This document shows positions 42,171-53,004 of a stretch of 64,000 bases of DNA, one piece after another. This DNA is from an uncultured Rivularia sp. (lineage in GTDB: Bacteria > Cyanobacteriota > Cyanobacteriia > Cyanobacteriales > Nostocaceae): contig OY762007.1 in NCBI GenBank assembly GCA_963665115.1, positions 3,520,001 to 3,584,000 on the forward strand, given 5' to 3'. Position 1 is the stretch's first letter. The number at the start of each line of letters is the position of its first letter. The position numbers were made by a program, and so were the translations under genes. A model generated the notes under the pieces. The model was not told the origin of the DNA, made no database searches, and saw nothing but the letters and a program-made list of their open reading frames with translations.

Positions 42171-43772
42171 TTAACTCATCTCAGATTTTCGACGCGGGGG
42201 ATTATTTTCTCTAGGTGTTTCTGGAGTAAGTGTTTGAGGAGTTACAGCAATATCTCGAATTGCACCTCTATAAATCAACGCACCTAAAGTATTTAACTTA
42301 AATCCCCAACCTTGAGGCAAGTTACCATCATTATCATTTTGTCCCAAGTCTACATAAATACGCGGTGGAACAAAATATTTTGCATCAGAAACACCTATTA
42401 ATTCATCCACTTGTTCCATAATTTTATCGACTACAGAATCAAATTCGGCATAGCTATCGTAATTCTGTTGCAATCTATCTAGCGTAAAGTTGATAAATTC
42501 CCGCACCGCTTTAACTTTCTCGTCTCTTTCTGCGGTTGCTTCTTCCGAAAATCCCCGAGCATAAGGATTATCAAGCCCTAATTGTTGAATAATTAATGGT
42601 TCTAAATATTCAAAAAGCTTAACTTGTGCTTTGATAATTTTAGCGTTGTTAACGTCGTTGTGACGTGGTAACAAGGTGCGGAAAGCGCGACGCAATATTT
42701 GAGAAAGCGTGAAAGGTGGAAAAGGAATGCTGTTATTATCTATGGTGATTCCATTTTCTAACATGAGTACGTCTAGAGGTGCTAAATCCTGCGGCACAAC
42801 TGGCATCTGAATATTAAAAGTCTGAAATTCTGGGTTTGCGCTGCGATTGCTGAGAATATTTTCTTGTCTGCTATTTTGTTTTTCTTGAATTGCTAAAATT
42901 TCTTTTGCCGACTGCTCATTATTTAATAATGAAGTCAAACCTTTAAGATTGAAAGGATAAACGGAAGTATTGATGCTGATATAAACAAACTCTGAGCAAT
43001 AAGCTTTATTATTTGGATTGTTGAGAAAGGCGATCGCACTTTCATCACCAAGACTAGCTAAAGCGCAATTTTTGAGAAATTCTTTAAGACTAGCTTTATC
43101 AATAACCCGAGTTGGATCTCCTCCATTAAAATCGTTTTGGGAAAATTTTACAAACGGATTCATCAAAGCCATCCAACAGATAACGCTGTCGGTGTAACCT
43201 TTTTGCTGCTGCTCGGTTACGAATTCGGGAAAAACTAAATTTTGAGCTACCGCAATAAATCCATTTTCACCATATAAACCATTATGGTATGTATCTGGTT
43301 CGTTAAAAGTAGCAAAAGCTTTTGTTCCATCTTCTCTAATTGCCGGTACAGTTGCCCCAGAATGATGCCCTTCATTTTTGATAAAAACTTCCATCAACTG
43401 ATTGATTTCGTAATTACTTTGGGGACTCCAACGTAAGTCGATGACTTTACCGTAACGGTCTTTATTGTACTGATAAGTACAAATGAGCAAACCGTATTGT
43501 TCGAGAAACTCAACAATATCTTCATGCCCCGAAACGGTTTTTCCTTGAGAGTTTGTAACTATTTCTTCATCTGCAATACCGATAAAACCAGGAACTTTAA
43601 TTGTTTGGATATCTAACAAAGTTTGATCGTCAACGATTACCTGTTTGTGAAATAATCGTTTCATATCCTTTACAGGTTTTCCTTCTTTATAATCGGGACC
43701 TTGGATAGAGTTAAAAGTTTCTAAATCTACATCTTCAGCAGGATGCAAAGGTAAACCTGTATTTGAGTTCAT
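42171..43772 (-). CDS. Hypothetical 533-aa protein (possible permuted papain-like/NlpC-P60 enzyme)
   Basis: Long uninterrupted ORF; EGHHSG precedes YCSEF. Confidence 0.7.
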   Translation of the reverse strand: MNSNTGLPLHPAEDVDLETFNSIQGPDYKEGKPVKDMKRLFHKQVIVDDQTLLDIQTIKVPGFIGIADEEIVTNSQGKTVSGHEDIVEFLEQYGLLICTYQYNKDRYGKVIDLRWSPQSNYEINQLMEVFIKNEGHHSGATVPAIREDGTKAFATFNEPDTYHNGLYGENGFIAVAQNLVFPEFVTEQQQKGYTDSVICWMALMNPFVKFSQNDFNGGDPTRVIDKASLKEFLKNCALASLGDESAIAFLNNPNNKAYCSEFVYISINTSVYPFNLKGLTSLLNNEQSAKEILAIQEKQNSRQENILSNRSANPEFQTFNIQMPVVPQDLAPLDVLMLENGITIDNNSIPFPPFTLSQILRRAFRTLLPRHNDVNNAKIIKAQVKLFEYLEPLIIQQLGLDNPYARGFSEEATAERDEKVKAVREFINFTLDRLQQNYDSYAEFDSVVDKIMEQVDELIGVSDAKYFVPPRIYVDLGQNDNDGNLPQGWGFKLNTLGALIYRGAIRDIAVTPQTLTPETPRENNPPRRKSEMS

Positions 43773-43921
43773 CTAATAATTCGTAGTATAAAATCTTTCG
43801 TATTATGTAATACTTTTGTGTCCGATACCACTAAATCCAGAAGAATTTTACATATAATTTTTAGCCAGTTTGTAGTAAGGACTTTAGATTGAGAGCTAGA
43901 GCTACTTACTACATACCTTTG

Positions 43922-45202
43922 CTACTCGTCGGCTCCAGCAGCTTTCAACATTTTTACAATGCTGGGATAACCGTTGAATTTTGCAAGCATTAAGGCAGTG
44001 TAACCACCTCGATTTTTAAAATTGATATCCGCACCAGCCTCTATTAACACTTCCACCACTTTCATATAACCCAGCGATGTTGCCCACATCAATGCTGTAG
44101 CACTGTTTCCATCTTTAAAGTTGATATCGGCACCGTGCGCTAATAATTCTTGAGTTATAGTTTTAAAATTGCGTTTTGTAGCTTCTATTAATAAAGTTTT
44201 TCCATCTTGTAATTGAGTATTCGCGTCAGCACCATTTTCTAGCAACACTTTTACAGTTTCTGTGTTCCCCTGCATTGTCGCTAATGTTAACGGTGTTTCA
44301 GCCAAATTAGTTATTTCTACATCGGCACCTTGTTTTAAAAGTGCTTGCAAAATAGTGCTGTATCCCTGCAAAGCTGCGACAAGTAAAGGTGTATCGCCTA
44401 AATTATTCCTTTTATTAACATCCGCACCACTTTTAAGAAGCACTTCTACAACGTCGGTAAAACCTTCGACAACTGCAATATGTAGAGGTGTTTCTCCATC
44501 TTTATCTTGAGAGTTTACATCAGCGCCTTTATTCACCAAAGTCGCCACTACAGGAGTATGCCCGCCCGCAACGGCAACAGATAATGCCGTTTCTCCATCA
44601 GTATTTTTTTCATTTAGATCAATTTTTGCAGTTAATAGCGCCTCAATGACTCCTAAACATCCTTTTTCTGCGGCTAACATTAACAATGTTTCACCTTCTT
44701 TATCTCGGATATTTACATCAGCACCTGCTTCGATTAAAATTTCGACTACGCCAGTATGCCCTTGTTTTACAGCTAGTTGTAAAGCTGTATCATTATCTTT
44801 ATCTTGAAGATTTACATTAGCCCCAGCATCTATTAAAGCTTGGATTATGGAACTATAACCTTTGAGAGCAGCTATCATCAAAGCCGTGCTGCCATCTTCA
44901 TTTAAAGCATTTATATCGGCACCTTTTGATATTAATATACGTACAATATCAGCTTGTTTTGCAGCACAAGCTAACATCAAAGCCGTCAAACCATAAAGTT
45001 TTCTTTTACAATCAATATTTGCACCCGAATCGAGGAGTATTCTGACAATTTCCGTATAGCCAGAATTCGCTGCAAACATTAGCGCTGTAGTGCCATCTTT
45101 ATCGTTCACACTGGCGGAAGCACCCGTACTTAAAAAAATTTGCACCCTTTTTATATCACCACTTCTAGCCGCTTCTAGCAGCGAAGCATTGTTTTTGCTC
45201 AT
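43922..45202 (-). CDS. Ankyrin-repeat protein
   Basis: About 12 tandem 33-aa repeats (G.TALM.AA..G...IV..LL..GADVN). Confidence 0.95.
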   Translation of the reverse strand: MSKNNASLLEAARSGDIKRVQIFLSTGASASVNDKDGTTALMFAANSGYTEIVRILLDSGANIDCKRKLYGLTALMLACAAKQADIVRILISKGADINALNEDGSTALMIAALKGYSSIIQALIDAGANVNLQDKDNDTALQLAVKQGHTGVVEILIEAGADVNIRDKEGETLLMLAAEKGCLGVIEALLTAKIDLNEKNTDGETALSVAVAGGHTPVVATLVNKGADVNSQDKDGETPLHIAVVEGFTDVVEVLLKSGADVNKRNNLGDTPLLVAALQGYSTILQALLKQGADVEITNLAETPLTLATMQGNTETVKVLLENGADANTQLQDGKTLLIEATKRNFKTITQELLAHGADINFKDGNSATALMWATSLGYMKVVEVLIEAGADINFKNRGGYTALMLAKFNGYPSIVKMLKAAGADE

Positions 45203-45262
45203 TGTTAGTTGTTAGTTGTTAGTTGTTAGTTGTTAGTTGTTGGTTGTTAGTTGTTAGTTGTT
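45203..45262. repeat. STRR heptamer tract (GTTGTTA)n, representative of many intergenic STRR tracts
   Basis: Other tracts: (GGAGTTA)n at ~7545, ~10045, ~47475; (TAACTCC)n at ~51475, ~61875; (TAACCTT)n at ~40068, ~55683, ~61928; (TCCCCAT)-like at ~16195, ~57625. Confidence 0.9.
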
Positions 45263-45406
45263 GAAAAATTCCTAACTATTAACTCCTCACTCCTCACTCC
45301 TAACTATTCATCCAATTCCCAATTCTTATTTTCCCATCCCCTACTCCCTATTCCCGCGACGCGCTATGCTAATTTTTATGAAGATTTAAGTATTGGGGAG
45401 AACACG

Positions 45407-45871
45407 ATGGAGCTTTCACCGGAAGTTAAATACTGGATGCAATTTTTTCATCCCGTGCTAATGTGGGCGCTACTACTAGGTACGCTTTATGCAGCTTATT
45501 TAGGTTTACAGGTACAGCGTACTAGAAATGCTAGCGGTGAAGAGAAGAAAGAACTTATTAAAGGTAAGTACAATATCAAACACTTTCAAATAGGCTCTTT
45601 ATTATTAGCATTAATGGTATCGGGTTCTATTGGTGGGATGGCTGTTACCTATATTAATAATGGTAAATTATTTGTTGGTCCCCATCTATTAGCTGGGCTT
45701 GGGATGACAGCTTTGATTGGTTTTTCTGCTTCTCTATCTCCGTTTATGCAAAAAGGAGCAAATTGGGCGCGGATGACTCATATTCTTTTGAATTTTACTA
45801 TTTTAGGGTTGTTTACCTGGCAGGCTATCAGTGGCGTGCAGATTGTGCAAAAAATTCTTAGTAAAGCCTAA
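45407..45871 (+). CDS. DUF4079-like membrane protein
   Basis: FFHP, KHFQIG, GPHLLAGL and ARMTH conserved His pattern. Start at ATG 45407; the upstream extension translates STRR DNA. Confidence 0.8.
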   Translation: MELSPEVKYWMQFFHPVLMWALLLGTLYAAYLGLQVQRTRNASGEEKKELIKGKYNIKHFQIGSLLLALMVSGSIGGMAVTYINNGKLFVGPHLLAGLGMTALIGFSASLSPFMQKGANWARMTHILLNFTILGLFTWQAISGVQIVQKILSKA

Positions 45872-45930
45872 ATAAGGTGTGAAGTATGAAGGTAGATTTA
45901 TTTCATCCTTCATGCTTCATCCTTCGTCTC

Positions 45931-46611
45931 TCATGCTTTTTTAGATTTATGTGAAAAAGGTATGCCCAAAGATTGATGAAAATCTTCTTGAACTTTGCGT
46001 GTTAAACGGCGAGATACCTGACGAACAATTTGATTGAGTAGGCGATCGCCAGTTGTTTGAATTAAAGATTTTGGTAAGCGTTTAATAAAGTTAGGAAATT
46101 CAACGTAAACATTTAGATGTAATTCCCATTCAACATTTGTTGTTGGGGTTGATTGAGCGGTATCATCTTCGTTTTGGTTTTCAACTAGCTGTAGTGATGC
46201 GCGATAATCTACATCGTAACCAGCAGGCTGATAGTCGGGAATAGGTATAGTGCGAATACAGTAAATACCTTCTTGGGCAGGTAAAAGTTCTAAACCGATT
46301 TTTGGCTCTACCTCGTAACCAAAAGAGCCAAAACGACCGATTGTTAATTCATAGCCATTTTCTCCTAAAGGTTGCACTTTCATCGGGTGAGCGCAACGAA
46401 CAAACCATTCGGAATGATTGTTCAGATATTCTGCAACAATTAAAGCCGATGCGGATAATGCCATGCAGTCGCGAAACGTGCAAGAAAATTTCGTTTCTTC
46501 CTGTAAATCTACTTCTAAGGGTAAATCTTGGGTATCAGATACAGTTGATGCCACAGATATAATTATTTCCTTTGTTTCATCAGGTTTATACTTTCGATTA
46601 ATTGAAACCAT
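45931..46611 (-). CDS. DUF1997-like protein
   Basis: WFVRCAHPM, GSFGYEVEPKIGL and TGDRLLNQIVRQVSRRL motifs. Confidence 0.75.
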   Translation of the reverse strand: MVSINRKYKPDETKEIIISVASTVSDTQDLPLEVDLQEETKFSCTFRDCMALSASALIVAEYLNNHSEWFVRCAHPMKVQPLGENGYELTIGRFGSFGYEVEPKIGLELLPAQEGIYCIRTIPIPDYQPAGYDVDYRASLQLVENQNEDDTAQSTPTTNVEWELHLNVYVEFPNFIKRLPKSLIQTTGDRLLNQIVRQVSRRLTRKVQEDFHQSLGIPFSHKSKKA

Positions 46612-46789
46612 AAGTGCATTCCTGTATACTTTTAAGTTTTGATAAAATAATAATTCCCATCCTAGATGAAATGTTTCGCATCAATAAGGCAAATTCATCA
46701 AAATATTAACAATGTGCAATAAAGTTCACTGAATCTCTACAATAGAGAACGAAAGATAGTGATATAAGTTTCCCAATCCGGGGGTAGAC

Positions 46790-47449
46790 ATGAAAGCTTT
46801 TGTAGCAGGGGCAACAGGTGAAACGGGAAGACGCATCGTGCAAGAATTGGTAGCGCGTAATATTCCGGTTCGTGCATTAGTAAGAGATTTAGAAAAAGCT
46901 AGAAGCATTTTGCCTGAAACAGTGGACTTAGTGCAAGGTGATGTCTTGAAACCAGAAGATTTGTCTGCTGCTTTAGGAGACAGCACGGTGTTGTTGTGTG
47001 CGACTGGTGCGGCACCAAGTTTCGATCCTACAGGGCCTTATAAAGTAGATTATGAAGGTACAAAAAATTTGGTGGATGCTGCCAAAGCTAAAGGAATCGA
47101 ACATTTTGCCTTTGTTTCTTCGTTATGCACTTCCAAGCTGTTGCATCCGCTAAATTTATTTTGGTTGATTTTAGTTTGGAAAAAACAAGCAGAAGAATAT
47201 ATTCAAAAAAGCGGTTTAACTTATACAATAGTGCGTCCTGGGGGCTTGAAAAACGAAGACAACAGCAATCCCATTGTTATGCAATCGGCAGATACAATGT
47301 TTGACGGCAGTATTCCTCGTCAAAAAGTCGCGGCTGTTTGTGTAGAATCACTCTTTGAACCAGCTTCCCGCAACAAGATTGTAGAAATTATTTCTAAAGA
47401 AGACGCTACTGTTAAAAGTTTTGCAGAATTATTTGCAGCAGTAGCCTAA
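46790..47449 (+). CDS. NAD(P)-binding atypical SDR (Tic62/Ycf39-like)
   Basis: VAGATGETG, VDYEGT and YTIVRPGGL motifs. Confidence 0.9.
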   Translation: MKAFVAGATGETGRRIVQELVARNIPVRALVRDLEKARSILPETVDLVQGDVLKPEDLSAALGDSTVLLCATGAAPSFDPTGPYKVDYEGTKNLVDAAKAKGIEHFAFVSSLCTSKLLHPLNLFWLILVWKKQAEEYIQKSGLTYTIVRPGGLKNEDNSNPIVMQSADTMFDGSIPRQKVAAVCVESLFEPASRNKIVEIISKEDATVKSFAELFAAVA

Positions 47450-47674
47450 TTCAATTTTGGATTTTGGATTAAAAGAGTTAGGAGTTAGGAGTTAGGAGTT
47501 TTCATTTCTCCTCATCCCCTTGCCTCCCCTCTTTTTCCTGTTTTCTGTTAACAAAATAATCATTGCTAGAATTAAACTTGTTCGACAATCCGGTTTAGTT
47601 AGTTAAAAATTTTGCCGGAATCGTTGGATTTATTTTTGTTGTTATTTGTTATGTGGCTATTTTAATTAATATCG

Positions 47675-48361
47675 ATGAGTCAAACTCTTAAAGGTTTTCA
47701 CTTCAAAGGCATTGAAAAATTTATCGGACCTGTAGCTGCCCTTTTGGCTTTTGTCTGTATGTTTCAATGGTACATTCATGGTAGTTTGGAACCGAATAGC
47801 GACCCGGTATTTCAGAAGAGACAGCCGCCTTTAATGATGGAGGGGGGGGACCCTTATATTCGTGCTTTAATGCGGACTATCTCGGCTAGTGAAGCTAATA
47901 GCAAGCGTCCTTACTCGATTTTGTATGGTGGAGAACACGTTAGCGATTTAAGTCGCCATCCTGAAAAATGCGTCAGAATTCCTATTGGCCCAAATACAGG
48001 AAATTGTTCTACTGCTGCTGGTAGATATCAAGTTATTAATACCACTTGGTTTAAAATTGCCGAGCGCTATCATCCAGAGCAGCCAATGCCGATGATGTTT
48101 TGGGCTAGCTATAGTTTTGAAGCTGAATATCAAGATCGAGTGGTTCACAGTTGGTTGAATGATTCTAAAGAATGGGGAGTTAGTATTCCTCAATTATTGC
48201 GGCAGGGGAAAGTAAACAAAGTTTTAAAAGTGCTTTCCCCTACCTGGACAAGCTTGGGATATGGTATTGAAACTAATTCGGTAAGTAGTAGTTTGCCAAA
48301 GATTTATCAGAAAGTTTTGAAGGAAGAATTAAGTGCGGTGAATGTAAATAAAGTTGAATAA
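47675..48361 (+). CDS. Membrane-anchored lambda-lysozyme-like muramidase (GH104/GH24-like)
   Basis: ISASE (putative catalytic Glu), STAAGRYQ, QD and WTSL motifs; N-terminal TM segment. Confidence 0.82.
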   Translation: MSQTLKGFHFKGIEKFIGPVAALLAFVCMFQWYIHGSLEPNSDPVFQKRQPPLMMEGGDPYIRALMRTISASEANSKRPYSILYGGEHVSDLSRHPEKCVRIPIGPNTGNCSTAAGRYQVINTTWFKIAERYHPEQPMPMMFWASYSFEAEYQDRVVHSWLNDSKEWGVSIPQLLRQGKVNKVLKVLSPTWTSLGYGIETNSVSSSLPKIYQKVLKEELSAVNVNKVE

Positions 48362-48602
48362 TTGCTGATATTCGTCACCTTGATTTTGATGTGTCGTGGG
48401 GTTTGTAGTAGTAGTTCGCCACATTAATTTTGATAGGTAAAAAAGGTTCGTAGTAAGCGCTTTAGCGCCTCCGGATTTAGGGAACCTAAGTCCTTACTAC
48501 AAACCCGTCAAAACAAATGAAAAGGACTAGTCGTGCCGTCTTTGCCTGATATTACAGAATTCGGAGGGGAAGACGGCCCAACTACAAACTCTTTAGAACT
48601 TT

Positions 48603-49409
48603 TTAATTAAAAAAACCTCGCATATTTTCGACAAATACAGGCGTATTCTCTAAATGAATATTGTGAGATGCATTTTCAATTATTTTTAATTCACATAACC
48701 GATCAACCTGAGCCATTTTTGTATTTATATCAACAAATTTTTTATCCTTTTCTCCCATCAGCAAAAGCAAAGGAACTTTATTCTCTGGCAATTTCTCCCA
48801 TAAAGATGGTTGAACTCCGGTACCCATCAGTCGCAGCGATTTAGCTAGTTCTATCGGATTATTTTGTAAGCGATTTTCTATCATCGACTTAAATTGTGGA
48901 TGATTTTTGATATTGCCAAAAATCGATTGACTATACCAGTTATTTAAAAATTCTTTAAAATCATCTTTTACAAAACTTCTTTCTAGTTTTCTGGCTATTT
49001 GTTCGTCTCGCTTTACTCTTTCTAATCTTTCTTCCTCAGTCGATAAACCTGGTGAAGCCGATTCCAAAATAACTTTATAAAAATATTGGGGAAAGTGAAG
49101 TGTCAAATACAAGGCTAATCTTCCACCCATTGAATATCCAACTAAGAAACACTGCTTAATTTTCAATTCATCTAATAAGTTAATTAATCCATCGGCAGTT
49201 TTTGCCATTGTATAACAATCATCATTTAAGACTTGAGTTTTTCCATGTCCGGGAAGATCGATTTTTAAACAATGAAAGTCATTAATTAATAAAGATGCGG
49301 CTTGGTTAAATTCATAACTATTACCCATGAAGCCGTGCAAAAAAAGAATCAGCGGCAGTTTTGAGTTACCACTGAAACAATAATGAAATCTATATTTTTT
49401 TAAACTCAT
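48603..49409 (-). CDS. menH: SHCHC synthase (alpha/beta hydrolase)
   Basis: LHGFMG, GYSMGGRLAL, ESASPGL, GEKDKKF and HNIHLE motifs. Confidence 0.88.
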   Translation of the reverse strand: MSLKKYRFHYCFSGNSKLPLILFLHGFMGNSYEFNQAASLLINDFHCLKIDLPGHGKTQVLNDDCYTMAKTADGLINLLDELKIKQCFLVGYSMGGRLALYLTLHFPQYFYKVILESASPGLSTEEERLERVKRDEQIARKLERSFVKDDFKEFLNNWYSQSIFGNIKNHPQFKSMIENRLQNNPIELAKSLRLMGTGVQPSLWEKLPENKVPLLLLMGEKDKKFVDINTKMAQVDRLCELKIIENASHNIHLENTPVFVENMRGFFN

Positions 49410-49482
49410 TGAGATTTATTTTAGCGATTAAAAATATACACACCCTATAAATGGCTTGCACAATTAACTGGAAAATTACTCT

Positions 49483-49854
49483 TTAAGGCAAAAACCTATC
49501 TAAAGCCGCTTTTAATTCTTCCATTTCAGCATCAATATTGCCATCTTTTGCCGCTCTAGCAACGCACTCCGTTAGATGCTCGTCTAATACAATCCGCGCT
49601 ACCTTGTCAATTGCACCTCTGACAGCAGCAATTTGTAGCAAAACATCAGGGCAAGGAGTGTTTTGCTGCACCATAGATTTAATTCCTCTAATATGCCCCT
49701 CAATACGTGATAGCCGATTAACTATTTTTCGTAAAGACTCTTCGCTGTGGACATGATTGTGAGTTGAGTGCTTATGATTATGGTTATGTTCTGGGATTTT
49801 ACTGTCTTTACTGTCACTCAGCATTGGTTCGTTTTCTTTTGAAGTTCCATTCAT
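49483..49854 (-). CDS. CsoR/RcnR-family metal-sensing repressor (InrS-like, His-rich N-terminus)
   Basis: RLSRIEGHIRGI, CPDVLLQIAAVRGA and EHLTEC motifs. Confidence 0.9.
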   Translation of the reverse strand: MNGTSKENEPMLSDSKDSKIPEHNHNHKHSTHNHVHSEESLRKIVNRLSRIEGHIRGIKSMVQQNTPCPDVLLQIAAVRGAIDKVARIVLDEHLTECVARAAKDGNIDAEMEELKAALDRFLP

Positions 49855-50151
49855 TGGCTATTTTCGGGGTTGAGGCAGTACTTACAATCCTAGCGCAAAC
49901 GGCAAACAGTCACGATAGTCTTTTGCAATCCCAAGGCTACGTTATACAAGCGGATTAGCTTTTTCGGTAGAGAAAACATAAACCCAATTTTTGCTAATAT
50001 GATTAATAAATTCAACGGTACTTAAGGTTCGTTAAATGCCTTTTAACTAAGGATTAGGGCTTAAAAGAACGAAACTTAAATTTCTGGTGATGCAATTGAA
50101 AATGTATCACTTTTGAAAATAACCTGCTTCTCAATAGCTGCAAATAAAATT

Positions 50152-51360
50152 ATGAAATTCACATATTCTAAGTCTATAAGACAACTAAGTATGCACTTAT
50201 TAGCAATTATTATCGGGGTTTTGTTGAGTACTAATAGTATTTATATATTACCTGCTCAAGCAGAACCCGCATCTGTGATGTCGGTTGATTCGCATTTGAT
50301 TGCTCAAAAGCCTTCAAGTGCTTCTGCTGCAATCGGAAGCAGTAGTTTTGTAACGGCGGCAGTTAATCAAGTCGGCAATGCAGTAGTTCGTATTGATACC
50401 GAACGCACGATAAGCCGTCGTCTTCCCGAACCTTTTACAGAAGATCCATTTTTTCGGAGATTTTTTGGCGATTCTTTGCCTAGAAATTTGCCTCCTGAAG
50501 AATTACGCGGTTTAGGTTCTGGTTTTATTATTGATAAGAGCGGGTTAGTTTTAACCAATGCTCATGTAGTTGATAAAGCCGATAAAGTAACGGTAAGTCT
50601 CAAAGATGGACGCAAATTTGAAGCTAAAGTCCAAGGCGCTGATGAAGTCACCGATTTAGCTGTTGTAAAAATTAATGCTGGAAGCGATTTACCAGTTGCC
50701 ACCTTGGGTTCATCCAGTAACGTTCAAGTTGGAGATTGGGCGATCGCCGTAGGTAATCCTTTGGGTTTCGACAATACGGTAACGTTGGGAATTGTCAGTA
50801 CTTTGAAACGCCCCAGCGCTCAAGTTGGCATTTCCTCGAAGCGTTTAGAATTTATTCAAACCGATGCGGCAATTAATCCCGGAAACTCTGGTGGTCCTTT
50901 ATTAAACGATAGAGGCGAAGTTATCGGTATAAATACGGCAATTCGTGCCGATGCAATGGGTATTGGTTTCGCCATTCCAATCGACAAAGCCAAACAAATC
51001 ACCAGCGAATTAGAGCGCAACGGCAGAGTTGCTCATCCATTTATAGGGATAGGAATGGATGATTTAACCCCCGATAAAGCGCGACAAATCAATGCCAATC
51101 CAAATTCTCCTATTCAAGTACCCGAAGTAAAAGGTATTTTGATAGGAAGAGTTATTCCCGATTCCCCGGCGGCTAACGCGGGTATTCGTATCGGAGACGT
51201 AATTGTTGCTATTGATGGAAAACCCATTAGTAAAGGTGAAGAATTGCTAAATATCGTAGAAAACAGCGGTGTAGGTCAAAATTTACAGCTAAAAGTCCGA
51301 AGAGGTAATCGCATCCAGAAAATATCATTACGTACCGCTGATATGAAAGATTTTTCGTAA
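50152..51360 (+). CDS. hhoA: HtrA/Deg serine protease with PDZ domain (HhoA-like)
   Basis: TNAHVV, DLAVV and INPGNSGGPL motifs; signal peptide; C-terminal PDZ. Confidence 0.9.
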   Translation: MKFTYSKSIRQLSMHLLAIIIGVLLSTNSIYILPAQAEPASVMSVDSHLIAQKPSSASAAIGSSSFVTAAVNQVGNAVVRIDTERTISRRLPEPFTEDPFFRRFFGDSLPRNLPPEELRGLGSGFIIDKSGLVLTNAHVVDKADKVTVSLKDGRKFEAKVQGADEVTDLAVVKINAGSDLPVATLGSSSNVQVGDWAIAVGNPLGFDNTVTLGIVSTLKRPSAQVGISSKRLEFIQTDAAINPGNSGGPLLNDRGEVIGINTAIRADAMGIGFAIPIDKAKQITSELERNGRVAHPFIGIGMDDLTPDKARQINANPNSPIQVPEVKGILIGRVIPDSPAANAGIRIGDVIVAIDGKPISKGEELLNIVENSGVGQNLQLKVRRGNRIQKISLRTADMKDFS

Positions 51361-51545
51361 GGGAGTAGGGAGTAGGCAATGGGGAATTGAGGATTGAGGA
51401 TTATCTATACCCTTCTTACCCTCACTCTGGAAGAGTGGGGCTATAGAAACAAAGCCCACCTGCGTGGGCTAAATTAACTTCTAACTCCTAACTCCTAACT
51501 TCTAACTCCTAACTCCTAACTCCTAACTTTTTCTCCTCATCCTTT

Positions 51546-52388
51546 TTAACTTCGTCGCACAAAGGGCTTCATGTCTTGCAAAATCACTTCATGATGATGC
51601 TCTTGAGCATAATGCGCTACGTCGTTGATTTTAACTATTTGAGCATCGTGTACGGAATCAGCAAATTTTTCTGCCATTTCTACGTTTAACCAGGGATCTG
51701 TTTTTCCCCATTGAATTAAAATCGGTTTTTCCCATTGTTTAAACCCAGATTCTATTTCTTCCATTGCAGTATTAAGCTGCAAATTCCGAATTGTTGCTAA
51801 TAAACTCCTTCCGGTTGCGGAAGCTTTTAAAAACGGTTTGCGATAAGTATCTAAATCTTTATCTTTATAGACGTAACGGCTACCACCTTCTAAGGTTCTG
51901 TCAACTAATAAAGGGTCTTGTGTCATCATTTCACCTGCTAAAGGTAGACCCATTTGTTTGATTTTCCAAGGTAGTTTAGCTGTAGATGAAATTGGCGTGT
52001 TGAGTATAATTATGCTGGCTATCTTTTCAGGATTTCTTAGAGCATATTGTAAGCCTACAGAACCCAAAAAACCTTGAACTACTAAAGAAAAACGTTCAAG
52101 TTCTAATGTTTCAATAAAACCATCTAAAGCTGTAATATATGCTTCTGGAGTGTAAGCAAAATCTCTTTTTTCTGGTTTGGCTGAAAAACCTGAACCAATC
52201 CAATCTGGGGCAATTACTTTGTTACCTTGTTGCGCTAATCCCGGCATGATATTGCGCCAGCTATAACTTTGGGATACTAAACCGTGTAGCAATAAAACTG
52301 GGAATAAATCGCTTCTACCTACTGGTTCTACTTGTCGATAAAACCATTCTAGTGAATCTACTGTTATTTTGTGTTCTGTTATAGACAT
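51546..52388 (-). CDS. Alpha/beta hydrolase (haloalkane dehalogenase-like fold)
   Basis: LLHG, APDWIGSG and WGKTDPW motifs. The nucleophile elbow is atypical (VQGFLG). Confidence 0.8.
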   Translation of the reverse strand: MSITEHKITVDSLEWFYRQVEPVGRSDLFPVLLLHGLVSQSYSWRNIMPGLAQQGNKVIAPDWIGSGFSAKPEKRDFAYTPEAYITALDGFIETLELERFSLVVQGFLGSVGLQYALRNPEKIASIIILNTPISSTAKLPWKIKQMGLPLAGEMMTQDPLLVDRTLEGGSRYVYKDKDLDTYRKPFLKASATGRSLLATIRNLQLNTAMEEIESGFKQWEKPILIQWGKTDPWLNVEMAEKFADSVHDAQIVKINDVAHYAQEHHHEVILQDMKPFVRRS

Positions 52389-52522
52389 TATAAAAAAACC
52401 TTACGCAAAGATTTTTGTTATTAATTCTTGATATGAATTAGAAACAAAGATGGTAGAAGCTGTAAAAAATCAACTCCTTCCATAACTAGCATAGGCTTTT
52501 CGATGCTTTTAACAAAATTATT

Positions 52523-52975
52523 TTACTTAAGAAGCGTTGTACCTAATAGAGAACCATCTGCTTTCCTTAGAATAACGTAAGCTTTCGTAAAAGTCCTAGA
52601 AGACCTTGTTTCTCCTGCCCGAAGACGGCGATTCTTGCCTTGAAAAGTACCCGAAATTTCTATTAATCGAACTTGAGTTTTAGCAAGTGGGTGGTCTTCT
52701 CCTACAGGTTCTGGTAATTCTTGTAGGGCTTCTTTATAGCTTACTAAACTAGACTTTATAACTTTTGAGTTAATTGCTTTGAAACGTTTTATTACTGTGT
52801 CTAAAGCTATTTGTACTGCAAGCTCACCAATATCACCAGTTGGATTTGCTGGAGATGGAAGACTTGGTAACGGATCGGTGTTTAGAAGAGGTAGTTGCTG
52901 TTTTATTTCTTCAGAATTTTGTGCAGAATCTTTAGGAGAACCATTCATAGGAGAAAGCTGAGAATCTGATATCAA
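52523..52975 (-). CDS. Hypothetical protein
   Basis: 150-aa ORF directly downstream of the lipoprotein gene. Start uncertain (TTG 52975 or ATG ~52948). Confidence 0.6.
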   Translation of the reverse strand: MISDSQLSPMNGSPKDSAQNSEEIKQQLPLLNTDPLPSLPSPANPTGDIGELAVQIALDTVIKRFKAINSKVIKSSLVSYKEALQELPEPVGEDHPLAKTQVRLIEISGTFQGKNRRLRAGETRSSRTFTKAYVILRKADGSLLGTTLLK

Positions 52976-53004
52976 TTCTGTATGAGGTAGTCTCTACAAG
53001 CAAA

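Noticed and set aside
12808..48361. Holin-family gene plus lambda-like lysozyme as a prophage
   Set aside because: They are 35 kb apart among housekeeping genes; no integrase, structural or replication genes are present.
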